From positions 28,659-92,658 of IMG/VR virus record IMGVR_UViG_3300049043_000133: DNA of 64,000 nt; one strand, 5' to 3'. Source of the DNA: a virus. Below, piece by piece: positions 32,398 to 44,840 of this stretch (positions are counted from its first letter, which is position 1; every line of letters starts with the position of its first letter). The notes under the pieces were generated by a model. That model saw only the letters and a list, made by a program, of their open reading frames with translations. It made no database searches and was not told where the DNA came from. The position numbers were made by a program, and so were the translations under genes.

Positions 32398-32850
32398 TAT
32401 TTGATACCTAATTCTTTTTCTGTGATCACAATAAACTCAAGCATTCTATCTGCACACCATTCCTTTGCTGCTTTCCACTTTGATTGATTCACTGCATAAG
32501 TATTCACTTCATTAATATATGTTTTAGTTTTCCTTTTTCCCTGAACAGGTGGAACTGTTTGTCTCTTTCTGGTTTTATTTCTATTACATACTTTTGAACT
32601 TTATTGTTACTTTCAAGAACTTCAATAATAAAGTCTGGAAAATATCTACATATTTTTTGTTTTACTGGATTAAAATAAGGGATGCAAAATTCTTCGGATC
32701 CATATCTTAATATATTTGGAGGATCTATCACACCATTGCATAAACTTTAGTTCCCAACTACTTCTGTACACTATGTTTTGTGGGTTTCCAATATATTTTC
32801 TGAATTTCTTGGGTAAAAAATCCTTGATGATATTTTGAATCACGTGGCAT
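32397..32850 (-). CDS. g4: head completion nuclease gp4 (TnsA-like); indels
   Basis: KYIGNPQNIVYRSSWELKFMQWCD, RYFPDF, IEIKP, VNQSKWKAAKEWC. Confidence 0.85.
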
Positions 32851-33408
32851 TTTTCCAACCTTTATGTGATTTATTTCTTCCAGATACAACGTGCTGTAAG
32901 CATCCAATACTTAAATCATTATCCTTAGCAAATTTAGTCAGATTTTTTATTTTTATAATTTCACCTTGAGGGGAAATTAATTTATACTCTTTACTATTTT
33001 TTCTGATAATTTTTGTTTCGTTGTTCCAGGGAATATTTTCCCTTAGTGGGTTTTCGTTGTTTTTAAACCACTCTTTTTTCTTTTTCACTTTGTTTTAATT
33101 TTGATTCTTCAGAGTGAGTTTTTCCCCACATTGGGTTCAATTTACCAAATCTTGTACTACCATACATTCCGTTTTTTTCTTTATAATTAGCACGACTCAC
33201 TCTGAAAAGTATTATCTTTACAAAGTTCTAATGTTATTTGTCTTAATTTTCTTTAGTTTCTTCTGAATGTTTTTTGCCATAAAAAGGATTTAATTCTCCT
33301 TCATATCCAGAAACACCCTCATATTCTTCATAGATAATTTCTGAAGGTATGCTTAATGTTGAAAGTATCGTTTAATTTTTTTGTATTAAATTTGATAATT
33401 TTTTTCAT
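32840..33408 (-). mobile_element. NUMOD3-repeat protein, putative homing endonuclease or remnant; frameshifted
   Basis: NPFYGKKHSEETK and NPMWGKTHSEESK repeats, C-terminal HKGWK helix-turn-helix; TATAAATA upstream on minus strand. Confidence 0.6.
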
Positions 33409-33494
33409 TATGAATTAATTATTCAATATTATTTATAATACTTTTTGCCATTATCCTGAATACATAACATATAACAGTCAAAAAGTATTTATAG

Positions 33495-34357
33495 ATGCCT
33501 AGTAACGTCTCTAGCGCCAAAAAAACGATCAGTATCTGATATTAAAGCGGCACTTTTAAATCCATCTACAACTTCTCATTTTGAAGTATTTGTTAATCTT
33601 CCAAAAAAACTTACTACTGGTGGGTATCTAAACTGATAGTGGCATTAACTTAAATCCAGTAAATTATGATAGACTTAATTTAATGTGCTGTGAAGCAACT
33701 CTTCCTGGTTCTAACTTACTACGTTAGAAATTACGGGAGATTATACAGGTGTAACCGAAAGGCACGCATATAGAAGAGTTTATGATGATCGTATTGATTT
33801 AACTTTTTATGTTGACGCTGAAGTATCACTTGCCAATTAGAGTATTTGAAACTCGGATGGAAATACATTGCCCAAGAAGCAAGTGAAGCACCCCAACCAG
33901 ACAAAGGAAATATAACTTCTAGAATATTCAAACTATTTTTATAGATTTCAGTATCCAGATGAATATATGGCAGAAGGTTTGTCTGTAACTAAATTTGAAA
34001 GAAGCACTTATGCAGATGTGGGGGAAGTAAGTGCAAGTACCTTAGTTTATGACTTTTATAAGAACATACCCCATTTCAATTACATCAATGCCTGTTTCTT
34101 ATGAGTCTTCTTCTTTATTAAAATGCACTGTATCGATGACTTATATCAGATACCTTGTAAATAAAACTGCCGATGTCATGTCAGGTCCAACTGAAGGGAC
34201 TACTACATCAACCCCCGTTGAACAATCATATTGGAACAGTACTCCCAGTTATTTCTTAAATCCTCAATTTGGAGTACAAGCCCTCAGAGGAACAACAAAA
34301 GAGACAAACGAATATTATAATAACTTTGGAAGAAGTGAACAAGATGCTACTAAATAG
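33495..34357 (+). CDS. tail tube initiator gp54-like; frameshifted
   Basis: CCEATLPGS, GVTERHAYRRVYDDRIDLTFYV, YPISITSMPVSYE. Confidence 0.7.
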
Positions 34358-34555
34358 TGTCAACTTCTTCAATGGTAGAAATGTTGATAAGGGTGTATTA
34401 GGTGCATCTGGTTTTGCATAAAAAAGAGGATCCGAAGACCCACTTTTAGTTTGGAAACAAATCATTAGCATTTTCTGTTTTTACTGCTTGATCCAAAATT
34501 GCAACTGCCAGTATTGTGCAACTTGCAAAAGTAAAATATAATAATACAATAATTC

Positions 34556-34804
34556 CTAGAAATTTAAATATTTTTTTATCATCTTTCTGACACATACCAA
34601 GATACCGGCAATAGCAATTATATTACCAAGTAAAAACCAAGTTCCTTCTGCTGCTATATTTGTTCTATGACGCATTTCTGCATTTTGTGCTCCGTTTTGG
34701 ACAGCATTTTCTAAATGAACCATATCCCTTGTGGTCTCATATGCAACATATGATGATCCAAGAATACCATAAAGAAAAACTAGACTAAAGAAAAATCGAC
34801 GCAT
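34556..34804 (-). CDS. small membrane protein
   Basis: two hydrophobic helices; inserted antisense among structural genes. Confidence 0.5.
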   Translation of the reverse strand: MRRFFFSLVFLYGILGSSYVAYETTRDMVHLENAVQNGAQNAEMRHRTNIAAEGTWFLLGNIIAIAGILVCVRKMIKKYLNF

Positions 34805-34921
34805 TGATTTTATTGCTTACTTTATTAGTATAGTCCAAAATTTTATTTGCATTGCTATAGAGGATACTTTTCCATCCGTCCATCCCCCATAAATAATCAC
34901 ACTGAACTTTTATAGGACATT

Positions 34922-35645
34922 ATGCCTTTACCAAAGATTGCTACGCCAACTTATGAACTTGGAGTTGCCTTCAACTGGAAAAACAATTCAATACAGACCA
35001 TTCCTTGTAAAAGAAGAAAAACTTTTAGTCATTGCTTTAGAAAGTGAAGATACCAAACAAATCACAACGGCAATCAAAACAGTTATCAAAAATTGTATTC
35101 TTACTAAAAGTATTAAAGTAGAAACACTTACCTACTTTTGATATTGAATTCTTGTTTTTGAATATTAGAGGCAAGTCTGTTGGGGAAGAACTGGAAGTCA
35201 ATATCATTTGCCCTGATGATGGTGAAACTCAAGTTCCAGTGAAGATTAATCTTGATGATATTCAAGTTCAAAAGAACGAAGACCATACAAACAGTATTAA
35301 AGTTGATGCATAATATTATGATGGAAATGAAGTATCCATCATTGGATCAGTTTATTAAGAATAACTTTGACTTTAATGATAAGAATGCAATGGATCAATC
35401 ATTTGAATTGATTGGTTCTTGTATTGATAAGATTTATTACAGAAGAAGAAGTTTGGTCTACTTCAGATGTAACCAAAAAAGAATTGATAGAGTTTTTAGA
35501 GTCAATGAATTCTTCTCAATTTAAAGATATTGAAAAGTTCTTTGAAACGATGCCTAAACTATCTCATACAATCAAAGTTAAGAATCCAAAGACTGAAGTT
35601 GAAAGTGAAGTTGTTCTTGAAGGGTTAGCATCTTTTTTCGCGTAG
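34922..35645 (+). CDS. g26: baseplate hub subunit gp26; indels
   Basis: MPLPKIATP, YRPFLVKEEK, IRGKSVGE, FFETMPKL, LEGLASFF. Confidence 0.88.
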
Positions 35646-35656
35646 CACTGGTCCAT

Positions 35657-35838
35657 ATGGACCTTGAAAACTATTTCCGACTTAATTTTTCTTTGATGCA
35701 GTACCATAAATATTCATTTATAGGAGATTGAAAATATGATACCTTGGGAAAGAGATATCTATGTTGACTTTATTGCAACAACATCTTGAAGAAGAAGAGT
35801 CCAAACAAAGACAGCAGATGAGCAATGCCCACTTCTAA
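35657..35838 (+). CDS. g51: baseplate hub assembly catalyst gp51; indels
   Basis: YFRLNFSLMQYHKYS, IENMIPWERDIY. Confidence 0.8.
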
Positions 35839-38445
35839 TGACTTAAACGATTTAGAATCACAAGTCAAAAAGTCAAAGATTTCTGCTGCAAGTTTTAAAA
35901 GCAAGAGTTCTTTGGGATCTGGGCAAGAGATTTTAAATATTCATAAAACAATAGGAAATCTTGCGGGACACGTAAGAAAGACTGTAATAAGAGTTGGCGC
36001 ATTAGAAAAAATAGTTAATAATCAATCTAAAAAGATTACAAGTCTTAAAAATATTTCAAAGACCCAAAGTGAAAGAATAAGTGGAACAAATATTGGTGCA
36101 AAATTACCAGGAGGTTCTGCTGATAATTTAAATAAAACTATAGTAAAAATAGCAGATGTAGTATCCTCTATTGCAGAGACTTTAAAGGCACAGAAGAAAA
36201 CGTCTGGTGCTGCAAGTGAAAATGAAAGAAAGAGAGTAGAGAGAGAAAAAGAGGACTAGCAGAAAGTAAATTAGAAAAAGTATTTGGTGGTATTATTAAT
36301 ACTGCACAGAAAATAATAGCACCTGTTAAAAGTCTTTTAGATAGAATTCTTGAATTTATTGGGACAGTTATTCTTGGAAGAATTGTTTATAAACTTGTCG
36401 GGTGGTCTGGTGATCCAAAAAATCAAGATAAAGTAAAGTCTATTATTCGTTTTGTTAAGGATTGGTGGCCTGCTTTATTGGGTGCATATGTTATATTTGG
36501 AACATCTTTTGGTAGGTTTACCAGAGGAATAATTGGTGTTGTTGGAAGATTTATTTTCCAAATTGGTAGAGTTGCTATACCACAACTTTTAAAATCTCCA
36601 ATAGGAGCAGGTGCCCTTTTATTTGGAGCAGGTGCTGCAATTCCTGCAATGTTCCCAGAGACAGTTGATGAACAAGAGAGAAAAACAAAGAGTGCCCCTG
36701 GAACAACGGAAGAAAAAATAAAAGTATTACAACAACAAAAGGCAAATCTCAACATCTTTCAAAAGATGCAAGGAGTTGGTTCAGAAATTGATGAACAAAT
36801 TTCCTCTCTTAAAACAGGACAAACAAAATCATATGGTCTTGCTGGCGGTGGATCTCCTGGTTATATAAGTGGGCAGAAAGGAGTTGATAAAATCCCTGCA
36901 ATGCTTTCTGATGGCGAATTTGTTATGTCTGCAGGCGCAGTTCAGAAATATGGTGTTGATACATTGCTGCAATGAATGCTGCTGGAGGTGGAAACAAACA
37001 GACCTAAGATTGTGAGTGGGACTACTTATGCTCAAGGTGGAGGACCTATGGGTAATATGCTCAACCCAGATCCCTCATATAAAGATACTGATAATAGAAT
37101 TAACTTAATCAAAGAACTTGAAAGATATGCTAGATCTCAATCTTCTTCTGGCGGAAATGGTAATATTATTAAAGCTTTAAATGATGTAGCATTAACATTA
37201 AAAGGTCAAAGAACAAGTAACACTTTTAGTTCTGATAATCCTCTATCTAGTTTCAGGAACCCTTGGAAAAAATGCTTTATCCCAGGGGCAAAGATTACTT
37301 GGAAAAGCACAAGATCCGGGAAAATTATAGAGGAATTTTAAACAAAGGACAACAACTATTAAAAAGTGCTACATCTATGGGTTCTAGAGTATCTGGTAGT
37401 ATTAAAGATAGAATTCTTAAAACAGTAGATTTCCACTAGCAGCTCTTGAAAAGTTTGGATCAGAGCGTGAAAATGCATTAATTAAATCTGGGCAATTAAA
37501 ACCAGGTGAATCTTTAACGAAGACAACTCAAAAAAGACTTGCTGATCGTGATGCATATGTTAAAAGTCTTTATGACCCTAAAAAAGATAGGGGTCCTTTA
37601 GGTCTTTTAAAAAAACACATCAAGATATACAAAATAAAGGATTGATAACAGACCCGTTTGCTGCTCTTGGATTAAAAGAAGCGGGAACTGAAAAATTTGT
37701 AGAAAAAATAAGTGGAGGAAGAATTAAAAATCTTGGAGCAAAAATAACAGGTCTTCAGTATGCTGCAAAGGGATTATTGGGTCCATTAGGATCGGCATTT
37801 AGAATTGATGATAGAGGTTCTTTAGGGAGATATGTAAGACCTGCAATGCTTGAGGCACAAAAAAGAGGTCAAGGTGGAGTTGGTGCTGTTGGATTGGGGC
37901 AAAAAGATTATAATAGATTGATGGGAGATAAACTTGCTAATCTTGCATTGGGACAATTTAGTTTTAATGTTGATAAAAGTGGTAAAGCAAAAACTGATGA
38001 TGTTTATGATTCTAATAAATCTTCTTCAGATTATTTTAAAAAGGCGCGATCTGCACTAAAAAGTGGAAACGTGGGTGGAGCATTATTTCAAGGTCTTTCT
38101 GGAGTATTGAGAATTAATCAAAACACTGGTTGGGGAAATTTAAGACCTGGAGGATCTGGTATTGATTTGGGTGGAGGATTTACTCCAACAGATTCTAAAG
38201 GAAGACCAAAAACTCCACAACAAATTGCTGCCGAAAAAGCAAAAGTTGCAAAACCAAAATCAAAAACATCACCAGTAAAACCACCTGTCAAATCAAATCC
38301 AAAAGTTGTTTATGGACCTCCAGTCCCAACAACTGGAAGATTTGGTCAAGGAAATAAATCTGCAGGAAGCAAACCTCCTAGTTTTTCTGCAAATTATCCC
38401 AAAGGTATGAGAAGTAAAACAGAAACTTTGGGATTAATGAGGTAA
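35825..38445 (+). CDS. baseplate hub/tape-measure-like protein; multiple frameshifts
   Basis: coiled coil, hydrophobic segments, DKIPAMLSDGEFVMS motif; follows g51. Confidence 0.55.
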
Positions 38446-38450
38446 AATAA

Positions 38451-41400
38451 ATGGCAATAACCTCAGATAAACTTCTAAACAGACCATCAGAACTTCACAG
38501 GCGTTATGCTGGAAGACTTGCTATGAAGGAAGATCTTCAGAAGCGTATGGTTCAAGGTGGTTCTACTAATATAGTTTTAACTAAAAAGTCTATCAAAAGT
38601 ATTGATATTATTAAAGATAGAGTTATTGAAATTGATAGTCTTCTTAAAGGAACTCTTGCTATAGAAAAGAAAAAATTAGATACACAAAAAAGACAAGAGA
38701 GTGGTAAAAGAAGAGAAAAAGAAGAAGAAAAACTGGAAACAAAACCACAAGCAGAAAAGAAACCAATTAAAGTACCCAGTCTTCCAAGAATGGGATTTTT
38801 TGCTTGGGTTAAAAACTTTATTGGAAATATAATTCTTGGATATTTTGCAGTAAGACTTGTAAAATTTCTACCATTAGCAGTTCCTATTGTTAAGTTTATA
38901 GGTAAAGCAACAGACTTTGTAATTGATATTGGTGGAAAACTTTTAGATGGTCTTGCAACATTTATTGATTGGGGATATAAAGCATATGATGCTACTCGTG
39001 GATTTATGAAGAATTTGTTTGGCGAAAAACAAGCAAAAGAATTTGATAAACTTTCTGGTCTTTTAAATCAATTTTTAAATTTAGCATTGATTGTTGGAAT
39101 GGCTGCTGCGGGATCTGGAGGTCTTGGTGGTAGAGGTGGTGGTGCTGCAGAGGCTGCTGCAGGAAGACCAAGACCAGGAACTGGTGGAAGACCTAAGGTA
39201 ACCACTTCTGGTGGAGGTGGTGCTGGTAGACCTGGTATAAGAAATCCTCTTAGACAAAGACCAACGGTAACAACTGGAGGAAAACCTCAATTCAGATTAC
39301 CTGGAACAGGACCAAAGATTACTGGAAGTGGTGCTAAAGGTATCCTTTCTTCAGTAAGACCATTCCTAAAAAGAATTCCGTTACCTGTTGTTGGTGCATT
39401 AATTGATTTTGGATTGTCTGTAGCACTTGGGGAAAATCCTGGAAGAGCTGCATTCAGAGCAATTGGTGCTGGACTTTTAGGTGCAGTAGGTGCTGCAGCA
39501 GGATCTGTTGTTCCTGTCGCAGGAAACTTTTTAGGTGGACTTGCTGGTGGTTTTGTTGGAGATGCAGTTGGTGGTGCATTATATGATGCTTTCTTCGGTA
39601 ATAAAAAACCTCAACAAAAAAGTAAAGGAATAAAAGCAGCAGGTGGTGGAATGGCACCAAGAGGATCAGTAACTCGTGGCGGAATGTCTCAAGGAGGAGT
39701 TAAAAGAACAATTAACTCAAAGCAAAAAGGAAAATATAAAAGAACCATACCACAAAAACCAGGAAAGGTGGAAATAACTTCTCCTGGTGCAGATATTGGT
39801 GGCAAAGATAAATTGTTTGGAATATTTCCAAATCCACTTGCCACCGCACAGAAAGTTGTAGATGCAATAAATCCATTTAAAACTGTTAAAGATGCGGGTG
39901 AGGAACTTGGAAAGACTGATTATTTTGGTCCCATTCTTGCAATTTCATCAAAAATAACGGCAGGACAAAAACCATCTCAACAAGATTATCAAAATGTTGG
40001 TCGCGGTCTTAACTTATTAATTGCAAAAGGAATACAGGACAAACAATTAAAAGGAGGTATTGTTGCTGCTTTTGCTGAGGGTGGAATGGTAGATCCTGAT
40101 ATTTTATCTGCTGCAGAAACTGGTGGAGATATTAGCAATTGGGTAGCAAAAACATTCCAAGGTGAGATTGAAAGTAATGCTCAAAAAACTTTGAGAATGA
40201 TACGTGAGAATTCTGAGAAAAAGCAATTAAACGAAGGACCAGATAAAAGTGATCCAACATTAGGTGTTGATGATGAATTGCCCCCAGGAGGTTTAACAAA
40301 AGGGCAGTGGGGTCCTTTATTAGATTTAATTGCAGGAAAAGAATTGGTGGAAACTACGAAGCAATGTATCCAAGAACGAAACTTCCAGGTGCAACTAAAA
40401 TGACTATTGCTGAAGTTGCAAGAAGAGCAACTGGTGCTGTTGGAAAGTACCAACAACTTCCACAATATCTTGTTGGAAGAGCAAAGGCAGCGGGTTTAAA
40501 TCCAGATAAGGATCTTTATAGTGCAGAAAATCAAGAAAAAATTATTATCAATGTCAATATTAAAGGGAAGAGGAGGGCAAAAATGGTTAGAAAATAAGAT
40601 AAGTGATGAAGAGTTTATGCAAGGTCTTTCTCAAGAATTTGCATCGCTTCCAAATGCACAAGGTAGGTTTTATTATCCTGGGCAGAGAAGTGCAATGACT
40701 CCTCAAAAAATTAAAGCATCTCTTGCAAAAGTTAAAGGGGTGGGTATTCTCAAGATGAACTTGCTAGGTCTATGCAATCAGTTTCTACTGCTGCAGCGAC
40801 TGGATCAATGGGAGACAGGCAAAAAAATGTTGTAGAACTTGGAAAATTTATACAATCTTTGGGAGTTGCAAAAGGTAGTGGGGTCACTGAGAATCCTTCT
40901 TTTGGTGGAGTATCAAATGTTCATAAAGGAAGAGGACATTATGAAGGAAGAGCAATTGATATTGGAGGATATGGTGGTAGATATGGAAAAGCGCAGATTA
41001 GGGAAAACCTTTATTGATGACCAGTCTGCAATTTTAGCCGCGATTGGTAAGTTTGCTGCTAAGACAGGAAAAAGACCATCATTACTTCTTCATGGAGATA
41101 ATGATCCGGAACACTGGCATCACGTTCACGCTGAGTATGCAAAAGGTGGAGAAACCTTAGGATATCCACACCTTGCTACGCTTGGTGAAAAAGGAAAAGA
41201 AACTGTTATTGATGCTGATAGTTCTGTTCCAGAAGCAAGAAACATGTTACTTGCTATGAACCAAGCAACAGATAAACGAAGTGTAATGAAAGCAATACAA
41301 CAATATGCTCCTTATGATGCTCTTGCACCACAAACAATCATTATGCAATCACCACAGACTTCATCTCAAGATTATGGTTCTGACTCTCGTGCAAGTGGTG

Positions 41401-41468
41401 GTTTAGGTGTAATGATGTCTGGAGAAGAAGAGGAAGATCCGTTTAGATCTCTTTATATTGGTGGGTAA
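38451..41468 (+). CDS. baseplate hub/tape-measure-like protein with lysozyme-like and Zn-peptidase-like domains; frameshifts
   Basis: LLDLIAGKE..GGNYEAM, AVGKYQ, EFASLP; HYEGRAID and HWHHVH. Confidence 0.6.
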
Positions 41469-41491
41469 ATAGAAATAAGAGGTAATAAAAA

Positions 41492-42848
41492 ATGGTAAAT
41501 CCAATAATCTCAAAAAGTGCTGAACCTTCTTTTATAGAAAGGATAGACATTATTTCCAATAAGGATCAAAGTAAAACAGTAAGCGTTACTAATGGAACAA
41601 TTCGTTTGATGTATTATGAAAGCATACTTCAAGATTCTGTTAAAGCAACTGTAACTTTTACTGATACCTGGAAATGCTATTGATAACAAGACTGTTTTAG
41701 AAGGATTACCTTTAGTGGGACAAGAAAAAGTATTTGTTAAATTTTCGGATAATAATAGTTCTACTTTAAATCTTACTTTATATGTAAACAAGATTACACC
41801 AATAGTTGAAGATACTACCAAGTCTATGATTCAAATGGAATTGGTATCCAAAGAATTTATTATGAATGAAAAAGTTAGATTGAATACTAGGTTTGATGGA
41901 AAAATATCCGAACATATTAGAAAAATTTTAACCAACCAAAATTATTTGGCAACCCAAAAAATGTTGACATTGAAGAAACTTCAAATAATTATAATTTTAT
42001 AGGCAACAATAGAAAACCATATTATGCTATGAATTGGTTATCTAAAAAAGCAGTATCTTCTCAAAATCAAAAGAAAGGTGATAGTGCAGGATACTTTTTC
42101 TTTGAAACATCTGAAGGGTTCTTTTTTAAATCTATTGATGGATTACTTTCACAAGATAAGAAAAAGTCAATTACTTTCAATCAGTCTCCAGACTCCAGAG
42201 GAGAAAAATACGCCTGCGGGATATGATGTTAAAGCTTTAGAGTACTCAAAAGATAATAATATTGATGTGCAAGAAAAACTTAAAATGGGCTTTTTCCACA
42301 AGGACAGTATTATTTGATCCGTTTTCTTGTTATTATGAAGTAATTACTCCAAATGCAAAAGGAAAAGAACAATCGCTTAAACTTGGAGGTAAAGAACTTC
42401 CTACATTAAATCCAGAGTTTGATAAATCTGGAAATAATAAAGATTTTTCTAGAACAACATATTATCTCTTAGATAAAGGAAGTCTTCCCTCGGGTAGTGG
42501 TGTTGGAAAGTCTCAGCAGCAATTAGGAGAAAAATCAAAGAAGAAAATTTTGATCCAAAAAACATTTTAAATCAGGCTATAATGAGATACAATCAATTAT
42601 TCTCTCAAAAATCAACAGTTACTATACCTGGAGATTTTTCTTTACATGCTGGAGATGTTGTTTTTGTTGATGCAAAACAACTTTCTGATGCTGATGAAGA
42701 AATAAATAAGGAATATGGTGGACATATATATTATGGCAGATTTATGTCATTATATTTCTACAAAAGAAACATATACAAAACTTAATTTGGTAAAGAGATT
42801 CTTTTGGTCAGAAAAGGAAATCACACCTCGGGCAAAATTCCATTATGA
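41492..42848 (+). CDS. baseplate hub protein (gp27-like); many frameshifts
   Basis: YYESIL, GYFFFETSEGFFFKSID, RYNQLF...IPGDFSLHAGD. Confidence 0.6.
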
Positions 42849-43063
42849 CTTCTAGAAGTATTCATCAACATATAAATGATAATCGTGATGAATTGGATGA
42901 TCCAAATATTAATTCTCAACGTCGTCGGCACATTGAAAGTGAATTAATTTCTCTTGAAAAGTATCAATTAAATCATCCAGACGATGATTATGATCCATCT
43001 TCATTTGAAATGTATTGTGATGAAAATCCAAATGCGTCTGAATGTAAAAAATATGAGGTTTAA
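42845..43063 (+). CDS. cp12: CP12 Calvin-cycle inhibitor, phage type
   Basis: C-terminal FEMYCDENPNASECKKYE; QRRRHIESEL. Confidence 0.85.
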   Translation: MTSRSIHQHINDNRDELDDPNINSQRRRHIESELISLEKYQLNHPDDDYDPSSFEMYCDENPNASECKKYEV

Positions 43064-43066
43064 TAA

Positions 43067-44803
43067 TTGATGGAAGGTGGAGCATTATTTAATCCTGGAT
43101 TTTTAGGTGGTAATTTTTTATGGTGGGTTGGGCAGATTGCTGACGATTCCACTTGGAGAGATAATATACTACCTGGAAAATTTGCCGATAAAAATAGTGT
43201 TGCTGGATGGGGATATCGATATAAAGTAAGAATTATAGGTCTTCACGATCAAGAAGAAGAAACACTTCGTTCTGAAGAACTTGCTTGGGCACAAGTAATG
43301 TATCCAGTGACTGCAGGAGGAGGACAATCTTCCGCATCACAAACACCAAATCTTCGTCAAGGAAACTTTGTATTTGGATTCTTTCTTGATGGACAGGATC
43401 AGCAAGTTCCAGTGATTATGGGTGTGTTGGGCAATAATGCTCAAACTTCTTTATCCAGTCAAACTGCCCTGACTGGAGGAAAGAATTTTACTGGCCAAAG
43501 TGGTTATGCAAATACACAAGAACCAAAAACAGGCAGCAAGAAAGAAAAAGTTCCTGATGAAGAAAAGGTTCTTGTAAAACCAAAAACAGCAGAGCAAGCA
43601 TCAGAGTGTTCTCCTGCTCCTCCAGGAGTTTTTGTAAATAAATATGGTCTTCGTTCAGATAAATCTCTTACTTCTACTCAACTTGCAGATGCTCAAAGTG
43701 CAAGAGCAGAAGCAGATCAAAGAGGATTAACTGGTGCAGAAAGAGATGATTATGTTCAAAAAAAAGTTGCACAAGGAATTCAAAATCGTTGCAGAGAAGC
43801 AAACTCACCATCATCAACATCACAACCAGGAGCAACAAAAGAAAGCACAAATGCGGTTCATCAAACCAGTGCAGGTGATAAAAAGAGGCAGGATAAGTAT
43901 GATGAAAGAATTCCATTGTTAAAACCAGATGATAAAGTTGGATCTGCAATTAAAGCAATTCAAACAGTATTGGATAATTTAATGCGAGAAATTGCAAAGT
44001 ATTTGAATGCACTTAAGTGTTATGCTGATGCGGTTACAAGTTTAATTCGTGAAATATTAGGTTTAATCTCAAAGGCTGCTTGTATTATTGCAAAATATAT
44101 GAAAATAATTTTTGATAAGATTATGGAATATGTTTTAAAGTTATTGAACAAGGAATTGAATAATGTTGTTTCTGCGATGCCTTCAAGTATGAGGCATATG
44201 TTTGGAGATATGAAAGAGATTATTACTGAACTTATTCTATGTCTTTACAATAAAATCACACAAGGACTTTGTGGACTGATTGAGGCTTTATTACTTGCTG
44301 CATTACAACCAAAAAAGATAGAACAACAAGCAAAGGAAAGTACAAATGATAGAAGAAAAAATCCATATGTTCCAATGTGTTATGCAGAAGAAATTGTTGG
44401 TCAAGCAATTTCTTTTAATAAAGATCAAATCACGCAAGCAAACAATAGTTTAATTAATAATGTAAATGCCTTTCTTGGCGATATACAAGGTCAAATTTCT
44501 GGAGTAAGTGGATCTTTTGCAGATATCACTTCATTAATTGGTAATATTGATGGAAGTATGACTTCTGCTTTAAGTTTTGAAAATCTTAAATTAAATGTTT
44601 TTGGATGTGAATTAAAACCAAATGTGGCAGTATCTGATTTTTACACCTTTGCAAGAGGCGGTGCATCTCAACCAGAACCCCAATTACCAAATCTCAAATC
44701 TGTCGAAGACGTTGCAGCAAAGACAACATCAGTAACTCCAACTGCAGAAATTCCTTATGTTGAACCAACAAAAGCAACTCCGGACGTGAATTTAAAAAGA
44801 TAA
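43067..44803 (+). CDS. g5: baseplate hub gp5 N-terminal OB-fold protein
   Basis: WWVGQI, RYKVRIIG.H, LAWAQV, FVFGFFLDG...PVIMG. Confidence 0.8.
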   Translation: MMEGGALFNPGFLGGNFLWWVGQIADDSTWRDNILPGKFADKNSVAGWGYRYKVRIIGLHDQEEETLRSEELAWAQVMYPVTAGGGQSSASQTPNLRQGNFVFGFFLDGQDQQVPVIMGVLGNNAQTSLSSQTALTGGKNFTGQSGYANTQEPKTGSKKEKVPDEEKVLVKPKTAEQASECSPAPPGVFVNKYGLRSDKSLTSTQLADAQSARAEADQRGLTGAERDDYVQKKVAQGIQNRCREANSPSSTSQPGATKESTNAVHQTSAGDKKRQDKYDERIPLLKPDDKVGSAIKAIQTVLDNLMREIAKYLNALKCYADAVTSLIREILGLISKAACIIAKYMKIIFDKIMEYVLKLLNKELNNVVSAMPSSMRHMFGDMKEIITELILCLYNKITQGLCGLIEALLLAALQPKKIEQQAKESTNDRRKNPYVPMCYAEEIVGQAISFNKDQITQANNSLINNVNAFLGDIQGQISGVSGSFADITSLIGNIDGSMTSALSFENLKLNVFGCELKPNVAVSDFYTFARGGASQPEPQLPNLKSVEDVAAKTTSVTPTAEIPYVEPTKATPDVNLKR

Positions 44804-44840
44804 ATATGATTAAACTGGAACCAGAAAGATTGTAATATAA

